DNA from: Paraspadella gotoi
Lineage: Eukaryota > Animalia > Chaetognatha
Assembly: GCA_051294375.1 (NCBI GenBank)
Contig: JBJCIZ010000518.1
Span: 1,744-8,551, forward strand
Reading direction: 5' to 3'
DNA: 6,808 nt
Of this stretch, positions 1 to 6,599 are shown in pieces (the first letter of the stretch is position 1; each line of letters starts with the position of its first letter). The notes beneath the pieces were generated by a model. That model had not been told where the DNA came from, did no database searches, and saw only the letters and a list, made by a program, of their open reading frames with translations. A program made the position numbers and the translations under genes.

Positions 1-2
1 CA

Positions 3-788
3 GTAGATATTCTAGCCTGTTTCCATCAAGTAAACTTAACGGACAGATGCAAGCCCGTAACCACCTTCGCCGGAGCGGGTCATAACTGGAAAATGAACAA
101 ACTCCCGATGGGAGGAGTAAACAGCATTAACGTGCTACAGGCAATACTCGATGAGATCTTTGCAGAATTAGGAAGAGACGTCAAAAGCTTCCTCATCTAC
201 GTGGACGACCTGATCCTCACAGCGAAGTCACCGGAAGAGATGGCAGACAGACTGAGAGAATTCCTCGAGATTTGCAGAAAAGAAAATGTGGTCCTCAAGT
301 GGACAAAAAGCGTCCTCCTAAGGAAAGACGTCATCAAGTTCCTCGGCTTCAGCATCTCGAAAGATAAACTAAAACCACAAAAAGAAAAGTTAGAACAAGC
401 CGAACTGAGACTGAAGGAAATCAAGACGCAGAAGGAACTGCGCGCGCTGTTAGCATCGCTAAACTACTACAGGTGCTTCACGCACCGGTTTTCGTACCTG
501 GCACAACCACTCCACGCACTAACCCTGGTCGACAGGAAAGACTTTGAGTTTAAGGACGAACACAGGAAGGCTCTAGAAACGCTGGTGGAGGAAATCAAAT
601 CAACACCAGGACTAAATTTCCTAAACGATGCTAAAATCAAAAACGGCGAATACAAAATATACGCCGATGCAAGTACAAGCGCTATGGGGGGCCTAATCAC
701 CGCAACCGCAAACGGAACTGAGTACCCCCTCAGTTTCCACTCGAAATCATTTCCTGAGGAATATAGAATAAACATATCAACATCCTAG
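3..788 (+). pseudogene. pol: pol fragment 1: reverse transcriptase and N-terminal half of RNase H (frame open from the window edge, not from the ATG at 93)
   Basis: The frame from nt 3 reads VDILACFHQV..KPVTTF..WKMNKLPMG (RT motifs A/B). YVDD lies at 198-209, followed by IKFLGF, ELRALLASLNYYRCF (thumb) and YKIYADAS (RNase H Asp at 666-668). The frame ends at TAG 786-788, after an apparent 1-nt deletion near 765-769. Confidence 0.93.
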
Positions 789-1147
789 AAACGCTCGCTT
801 TTAATATGATGGTAAGAAAATTCAAGGGTTACATCTGCGGAAGAAAAGTTAGCCTAGTAACAGACTCACAATACTTCAAAAGAATAATGGACCAGCAACA
901 CGACAAACAGCAGCTGCTCCCGACAAACGTACTACACTGGATAACGGAGATACGTCAGGAATGCCATCCCTCTGAAATTATCCTGGTGAAAAGTGGCGAC
1001 AATCCAGCAGATTTCTTAACCAGGTTTACGGACCAAAACCAAATCACACCGCTCGACACGCCCTTCCTAGCCGCAGGGTTCGACATCAACGGCAGTTATG
1101 AACCAGGATTCACTGAAGAACCCTTATCAGGCGAGTCATGGCCAGGT

Positions 1148-1528
1148 CACCTGGAACTCAGGGTAGGCGGAGCCCCGATACTCAGAATTATAGCCGAGGC
1201 GCTAAACATTGATGAGAAAAGTTTTCGAACAAAATTCTTCGAGTTTATGAAAAATCAATTCACTCGCCAGAGGGCGAACATAAGAAAACTATATGGCACA
1301 CCAAAAACAAAAGACGCTTGCACATTTATCAGAACAATCTCATCGAAAGACTGGTCACTGGGCCACCCTGAACTAGAAGCACTAGCGGAAATGACAGGGA
1401 TTTGCATAAAAATATTAGACGAGGACAGCACATCCCAAGCCGGCTGTAAATACGAAAAGGTATATGGTGGAGGAAAAGAAAGAGAAATAAGAATCTTCAG
1501 AACAGCCACAGGCCAAGCGTCATTGATC
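1148..1528 (+). other. OTU-like cysteine protease fold, predicted inactive (pseudo-OTU), within pol
   Basis: Motifs colinear with the OTU consensus: GGAPILRIIAEAL (cf. DGNCLFRA.A..L), SFRTKFFEFMKN (cf. LR..VV.YM..N), FIRTISSKDWSLGHPELEALAEMTGICIKIL (cf. Y...M.....WGG..EL.ALA......I.V), YGGGKEREIRIFRTATGQASLI (cf. G....I.L.Y....HY..L). The catalytic Cys aligns to Pro (1175-1177) and His to Gln (1514-1516). Alignment by eye only. Confidence 0.6.
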
Positions 1529-1741
1529 AGCGACACCGAAAGAAGGATGAGAGCCATTAGACAACTGGAAGACGGACCGCGCACTAGCGACGAAATATTA
1601 AACATCGGGCTAGAACACAGAATCGAAGAGGAAAGAGCCTACCGCAGACGAGTGCCCAGAGCCAGAATGGCACCGGCACTAATAATGAGACCGTCATCAA
1701 TGCTTCCCGCCGACACCATAAGAATAAATCACAACCTCCAC

Positions 1742-2185
1742 ACGAGGCCTGCAAATCAAAATCGGAGAAGGGCGCCTGGGCCGCCATTGGAAACACCAAC
1801 CGAGGTGGACAGGGACGAGGCGGCGCCGCCAAACTCAAAAATAGCAAAAGCAGGCCCTGACGGCCACAACCAAAGGAGCAACGCACCAGAACCAAACGAG
1901 CAAAGGGAAGCAGGACCCCCATCCCAAGACAACGAGCCACCAGAGAGGATAGCGGGCCCACCCAACTCGCCCGACGGAACCGAACACGAACAACCAGCCA
2001 GACCCGAAATCAGACCGGAAGCAAACGAAATAGGTGAGAGCCGAAACTCACTCGAGCCTACATTCCAGGAACCAAGACCCACTCACCAAGATATGGAAAC
2101 CGAAGCAAATCAAAACACGGAGATAACCACAGATTCGGCCATCGAGGCTTCGGTTGAGGTAGATGAAATCGACCTCGAACAGGAT
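1742..2185 (+). other. Low-complexity Pro/Glu/Asn/Arg-rich, probably disordered linker in pol with degenerate AGPP(NS)/PDG and RPE repeats
   Basis: Translation: AAPPNS..AGPDG..AGPPS..AGPPNSPDG..RPEIRPE, then the acidic stretch EASVEVDEIDLEQD. Almost no aromatic residues. Confidence 0.75.
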
Positions 2186-2455
2186 TTGCTAAGCAACATC
2201 AAGCGTGACTCTTCACTGATGCCAATGAGAGCAGAGATAAAGATCTGGCAAAACGAGTGTAGCGAGATCAAAGACGCCAGAGAGATATACAAGAACCATG
2301 GAGCAGGAGGCCTCAGAACACACCTTGAAGCGGGGGAGAGGAAATCACTTACGCCTACACAAGCATTCCTCCTCCGAAACGTAGACGACTTGGAAATAAT
2401 CAGAGATGGAATCCTTTGTGTCATCGGATTCACTGCCACAAGTCGCTCGACGAGA

Positions 2456-3019
2456 TATATTATTCCGCAGCAGAACCTGAAAGACGTAGTGAGAAAAATA
2501 CACGAAAAGCTTGGCCACCCAGGAAGAGATCGTTCTGCTTACCTGGCAGCACAATACATAGCGGCCCCAAATATGGTAAACTCATGCGGAGAAATGGTGC
2601 TCGAGTGCGACCGCTGTAGGTACGCCACCGACGAGATGCAATTCAACGAAACGGAATCGAGACCAACGGCAGCGCGAGTTCCCTGGGAATCACTAAGCAT
2701 CGACGTCATGCACTTACCTCCCAGTGGGGGTTGCAATCACGTCCTAGTAGCCTCGGACAACGCCTCTGCCTACACCTGGGCGATTCCACTAAGGCGCGCC
2801 GATGCACAACACGTAATTAAGGCCCTCGACGCAAACATATTCCTGCTACACGGAAACTATCTAGAAGTAAACTTCGATGGCGCCACGTCACTAAATGGTG
2901 AGGAAATGAGGAGTATACTTAACCTACTAGACATGAGTGGAAGACGAATCTTAGTTTCTAGAAAGAATAGTAACCAGGCCGAAAGAGACATCGGTCGGAT
3001 CAGGCAATGCTTACCTTAA
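2456..3019 (+). other. Integrase Zn-binding (HHCC) domain and DDE catalytic core
   Basis: YIIP..IHEKLGHPG..CDRC (His at 2501, last Cys at 2615-2617), PWESLSID (D 2702), VNFDG (D 2876), SNQAER (E 2981). There are 34 residues between the second D and the E. Confidence 0.92.
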
Positions 3020-3472
3020 ACGCGACGCCTATAACAGGCTGGAAAACGAACATGTCACCTCACGAACTCCAGTTCGGAAACAGGCCAAGAACCTGATAGA
3101 ACGGCGCTGATGAAGATAATCACGAATGCCTGCGGATTACGCACAAAGAAGAGCGGACAAACCAGCAAAGAAGCACAGAAACAAATTGTCGGAACAAAGA
3201 TTTCTCAAACATAGGCAAGCAAAAAGAGGAAACCGGTTCAGAATCCAAAAGAAAGTCAAACCAGGCGACGATGTCTACGTGAGACGCGGATTTATTAAGA
3301 ACAGGCGCCGCACAACACAAACAAAGTGAAAACGATGTACACAGGACCGCACAAGGTGATCGAAAGCAAAGGCAAACCATTACGTAGTAAACGTCAATGA
3401 CAAACGCTCACTATCCTATCACCGACGCTGCTCAAATTGAAAGGCGGCGACTCAGAGGATTTCAGGACATAA
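3010..3472 (+). pseudogene. pol: Frameshifted integrase C-terminus including the GPY/F module
   Basis: Pieces lie in alternating frames: LNATPITGWKTNMSPHELQFGNRPR (3016-3090, cf. YN.TP.......SP.ELLFGR.PR), KVKPGDDVYVR (in ORF 3126-3329), YTGPHKVIE (3338-3364), HYVVNVND..YHRR, and LKLKGG..RT-stop (TAA 3470-3472). Confidence 0.82.
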
Positions 3473-3750
3473 GTAATTAATAAGACAAGAAAAGAAAGGT
3501 CCTATGTAATTTGTAAATATTTTGTAAATGATAACACATTCCACAAGTGATTGAAGAGAGAAAACGAGAAACCGAAAGAATGAGCAAGATGTTATGACTC
3601 ACTCACAAATACCAAAAGAAAGGAACATAGTACAAAGACAACTTCAAAAAAAAAAAATCGAAGAGAAAATATAGCTAAACAAAGTAACAAAGCGGAAAGA
3701 AAGGAAAGAAAGATAAATCCAAAGCGAAATAGGCCAGAACAGACAGAGAG
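3473..3750 (+). other. A/purine-rich non-coding spacer between pol and the env-like ORF, with an A12 run at 3646-3657
   Basis: No ORF in the provided track, strong A skew, repeated TTTGTAAAT (3510-3518, 3521-3529), and an abrupt switch to GC-rich sequence after ~3750. Confidence 0.7.
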
Positions 3751-3883
3751 AGCCCTACTTCTTCTCAACAACCCAACTCACCGGAAAACGCCGGCCGATC
3801 GCGCTACGATCGCCCGGAGGAGGAAGGGGCAGACCAGACGCTTGAGACGACGATAGAACGAACGACGAGTCACGAGCGCCTGA

Positions 3884-4636
3884 GACTCTCTTCACCAAAA
3901 GCTGTGCGGCCACGAGCTCTGCGTGAGCACGGGCACGCGCGAAGCGAGGACGGCGGCAATCAAAGCGCATCGCTCGTCGGCGGGCCACCGCTTTTGTCGA
4001 CGCGCGGCGAAATTCGTCGTCCTCCGGGGGGAACTGTTTGGTCACCGCGAGGTGCCGACAGACGCTCGCTCTTTGCCGGGAACTGAAGGATGCTTCCCAG
4101 GATCTCCCGATAGACGTTCGGAGACGGAAAGCGTATCGCCACGCCATATATCATCACGTGATCGATTCCTCCTTCGAAAGTCATGCTCGCCTCCGCCAGT
4201 GTATCAGCAAGGAAGCAAATTCGTGGACAATGACGGGAACCCATTCAAGAAATACCAAACGCTCCGAACCACGCTTCCGGACGCCCAGCACCACGTGACC
4301 AGCGAATCCTCGATCTACGAAGAGGTGGGCCAATTCATGGACCGCCATGCCAAGTTGATCGGACAAACCCAGAGGTTCAACGAACGTCTGGGTGAGATCA
4401 CCGCTGGATCGCCATCATCGTTTATCCGGCGGATCTTCGGTGATTCCTCACAAATCGAAATCTGGAACTGGTTAGTGAACCTGGCCCCCCTGATGGGCAT
4501 CATCGCCATTGGAGGCGTGGTCGCGCTGTGCGTCTGCTGCGGCTGCTGTCAGTGCGCGACCGGATGCATCAGGCGTCAAGCGGAAGCGATCGGGAGGAAC
4601 GTCGACGCCGCCATCGGACGGACCTCGGGGCGCTAG
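3884..4636 (+). pseudogene. env-like membrane glycoprotein remnant (C-terminal part: heptad repeat, aromatic pre-TM motif, TM helix, Cys cluster, short tail)
   Basis: The frame is open 3884-4636. It has 4-3 hydrophobic periodicity I-V-F-H-L-T-F-L-I (4313-4399), then WNWLVNLAPLMGIIAIGGVVAL (4463-4528) and CVCCGCCQCATGC (4529-4567). Codons end strongly in C/G from ~4200. The position between pol and the PPT/LTR is the canonical env position. No signal peptide or ATG start was seen; the true frame in 3750-4200 is uncertain. Confidence 0.65.
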
Positions 4637-4675
4637 AAGGACTCGGCGCCATTCTAAGACCTGGCCCCTCGTCAT

Positions 4676-4689
4676 GGGCGGCGGGGGGG
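4676..4689 (+). other. Candidate polypurine tract (plus-strand primer)
   Basis: GGGCGGCGGGGGGG lies 40 nt after the env-like stop. An alternative purine tract is GAGGGAATAAGGAAGGAGAGA at 4868-4888. Confidence 0.45.
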
Positions 4690-4737
4690 CGCGTCAGCGG
4701 ATACGGGATCCGCCTCCCCCCTTTTCGATCAACCCCA

Positions 4738-4790
4738 TCTCTCTCTCTCTCTCTCCCCTCCCTCTCGCTCTCCCTCTCTCTCTATCTCTC
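4738..4790. repeat. (TC)n microsatellite / polypyrimidine tract
   Basis: Perfect (TC)9 at 4738-4755, then degenerate CT repeats to 4790. Confidence 0.95.
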
Positions 4791-4862
4791 ATTCGATCAT
4801 GATGAACCACCTCAGCGAATCACAGGGCTTCGAGCGGGACTAGGGCAAAGGGGAAGTTTCAT

Positions 4863-4921
4863 GGGCCGAGGGAATAAGGAAGGAGAGACTATGATTTCAT
4901 AAATGAAGCTGCCCTCGGCCC
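4863..4921. repeat. Perfect 10-bp inverted repeat (stem-loop)
   Basis: GGGCCGAGGG (4863-4872) and CCCTCGGCCC (4912-4921), with an inner TTCAT-AA-ATGAA (4896-4907). Confidence 0.85.
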
Positions 4922-4971
4922 GAATGGTTGTAATATAATTCTAGTTTAGACTTTACACTGCGCTTAAATTG

Positions 4972-4987
4972 TAAATAAATAAATAAA
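4972..4987 (+). promoter_or_regulatory. (TAAA)4 containing overlapping AATAAA polyadenylation signals
   Basis: TAAATAAATAAATAAA is followed by T/GT-rich TTTGTTTG, about 50 nt before the putative LTR end. Confidence 0.6.
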
Positions 4988-5038
4988 CATTTGTTTGCCT
5001 CTATTTTCGAACGTGATTATTTAATACGCCAAAGAACA

Positions 5039-6595
5039 GTGCTAAACGGCAAAGATATGTTGTTGGAACCTATCTGATAGAGACTTTCCTGTCTCGCCCA
5101 CGTATGCTGCTGTGCAGGGTTGGTTGCTCGCTCCTGCGCAGGCCGCCCAATAGACGGCTCCTGATGTTTTGGGTCTGGGGATTTTGTCTTTCGGTTTCAC
5201 CAATTGCTCACGTAAAGAGCCACGGGTCGTCACTGAACTGGAGATCCCCTGCTTTGCTAGCACCCGCACCAATGATTCAGTGATCCCCTGGTGGTAGGGG
5301 AGGGACAAGTGACCCACGTTCTTGAGACGCTTCTGTCTATCTCCCGTTTGCGCTGTGGTGGGCGCGGTCGGTCCTTCAACAGCAAGGTCTCGTTCTCCCT
5401 CCTGGGGGGTGGAAATTGAACTTGCGTCAGCGGTTACTTGGACAGCCCCTTGGTGGCCACTGTCCTCAGCCAAGTTCTGCCGAAACCTGGCCTTCTCAAA
5501 CGCCCACAGAGGGTAACCATTGATCGCCAGGGCTCTTTTGATATGCTCAAGCTCGGCGACCTGAAGCTCGGGGGTCGACAGATTCAGCTGAGCTCTCCTG
5601 GTAAGGGACCTGACCGTGGCCAGCTTGTGCGACAAGGGAGCATGCGAATCAAAGGGAATATATTGGTCAGTGTGGGTCGGTTTGCGATATATTGAAAATT
5701 CCAATGAGCCGCCCTCTTTGTGCTTTATAAGCACATCGAGTATTGGAATTTGACCATTCACCTCCTTTTCACATGTCCACTGGATGCTAGCTTCTATGCC
5801 ATTCAGGTGTGTCAATAATGTCTCAATGAGATCTTTGCGTACGGCCAGGATGGTATCGTCTGCTTTCCGATACCAGAAGAGGACTGACTCTGCCCCATGC
5901 AGGGATCGAAAAGAGTCCAAAGCTTCCACCTCATAGTCCTCCATATAAAAATCTGCCAGAGGACTCGAGGTTGATTTGCCCATCCCTAAGCCACCAGGCT
6001 GGGCATAGTATCGTCCATCGAACCTGAAGTACGCCAGTTCCAGGTCCAGTCGCAGCAGTGCCATGATATCCTCTACTTGGATTGGTGTACGCTCGTGCAA
6101 TGACTGGTCTCCTCTCAGGCGGCGCTCTGCTGAAATTAGCGCCAGTCTCTGGGGGATGTTTGTAAACATACTCTGTAAATTGCACGAGACCAAGAGATGG
6201 GTATCAGGCACTGTGATATGCTGCAACTTTTCTGTCAGATCAAGAGAATTTCTGAGGTGGTGTTGGTTTCCAACAAGAGGAGTGAGAATGCGTCCCAACT
6301 CCTTCGTCATTCCATTAAAAATGGAATTGCGGGCAGATACGATAGGGCGCAGTGGTAAATCGGGCTTATGAACTTTCAGCTGACCGAAGAAAAGAGGCGG
6401 CTGCGTTGAGTCAGGGTTGACTCTGTGAAATACTGACGGGGGACAGTATTCACGTATTTTGCTTGTTATTGTCTGGATTCTCGCTCTGTAGGTAAGAGTA
6501 GGATCCTTCACCAAAGGCTTGTATGTATCCTTGTCCGAAAGCATTTTTAGCACTTTGGCCTTGTAGTCATGAGCGTTCATGACTACCGCAGCTCT
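5039..6595 (-). mobile_element. Penelope-like element (EN+ type, Penelope/Poseidon-like), truncated at both ends
   Basis: RT followed by GIY-YIG in one ORF is diagnostic of PLEs. Homology starts at RAAVVMN..DY (6595), just after where the conserved DKG motif should be, and stops inside GIY-YIG. Confidence 0.92.
5042..6595 (-). pseudogene. Penelope-type reverse transcriptase + partial GIY-YIG endonuclease
   Basis: Motifs: FFGQLKVHKPDLPLRPIVS, LVSCNLQSMFTNIP (motif A, Asp>Asn at 6179-6181), YYAQPGGLGMGKSTSSPLADFYME, WYRKADD (KADD at 5855-5866), IPILDV, IYRKPTHTDQYIPFDSHAP..K, NGYP, LPY, and GAVYWAAC..C..AYVGETGKSLSDRFQQH (from 5161 leftwards). Confidence 0.92.
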
Positions 6596-6599
6596 TTTC

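Larger units (their letters stand above)
767..3019 (+). pseudogene. pol: pol fragment 2: C-terminal RNase H, large insert (OTU-like domain + linker), integrase
   Basis: The frame of the 806..3019 ORF is open from 767 and reads NKHINILETLAFNMMVRKF..LVTDSQ..HWI..GDNPADFLTR. This supplies the remaining RNase H catalytic residues (E 788-790, D 863-865, D 1010-1012), with integrase motifs later in the same frame. Confidence 0.92.
1..5038 (+). mobile_element. Ty3/Gypsy-like (Metaviridae-like) LTR retroelement, 3' portion, with env-like third ORF; degenerate copy, runs off the left edge
   Basis: Domain order RT > RNase H > integrase (HHCC, DDE, GPY/F) is the Gypsy/retroviral order, not the Copia order. 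It is followed by a TM-containing ORF, a G-rich tract and an LTR-like segment with AATAAA ending in ACA. The right boundary is inferred. Confidence 0.88.
4692..5038 (+). repeat. Candidate 3' LTR (~350 bp)
   Basis: It follows the G tract and starts CGTCAG (would be TGTCAG with one change). It contains TATAA (4934-4938) and AATAAA signals, and ends ...GCCAAAGAACA immediately before Penelope coding sequence. No second LTR copy is in the window, so the boundaries cannot be confirmed; the left one is weak. Confidence 0.5.

Noticed and set aside
2876-2983. D(34)E rather than D(35)E spacing, suggesting a Tc1/mariner or Ginger transposase
   Set aside because: The domain is fused to RT-RNase H and has HHCC and GPY/F modules; a one-residue shorter spacing is compatible with a Gypsy integrase.
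197-3380. Numerous minus-strand ORFs and the short + ORF 2416..2619 overlapping pol
   Set aside because: Shadow frames of the pol coding strand; Ser/Leu/Phe-rich with no motifs.
3646-3657. A12 run as the poly(A) tail of an inserted SINE/LINE
   Set aside because: No target duplication, no upstream AATAAA or pol III boxes; it sits in generally A-rich spacer.
3755-4244. Minus-strand ORFs 3755..4147 and 3960..4244; the latter has a protein-like stretch (HVMIYGVAIRFPSPNVYREILGSILQFP) faintly recalling viral F proteins, raising the idea of an inverted env piece
   Set aside because: GC-rich DNA has few stops in any frame, the ORF is in exact antisense register with an open + frame, and no inversion breakpoints are visible. 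Not supportable without a profile search.
4509-4902. + strand ORFs 4509..4802 and 4528..4902 with SLSLSL stretches
   Set aside because: They are translations of the CT microsatellite and LTR-like sequence.
4929-5038. TGTAATAT at 4929 as an alternative LTR start
   Set aside because: There is no purine tract directly upstream and the LTR would be only ~110 bp; cannot be excluded without the second LTR.
5851-5875. 8-bp inverted repeat TGGTATCG/CGATACCA straddling the KADD motif; considered a micro-inversion as the cause of KADD
   Set aside because: Inverting the loop gives WYRLLSDT, not YxDD. The repeat is explained by the WYR and DT codons.
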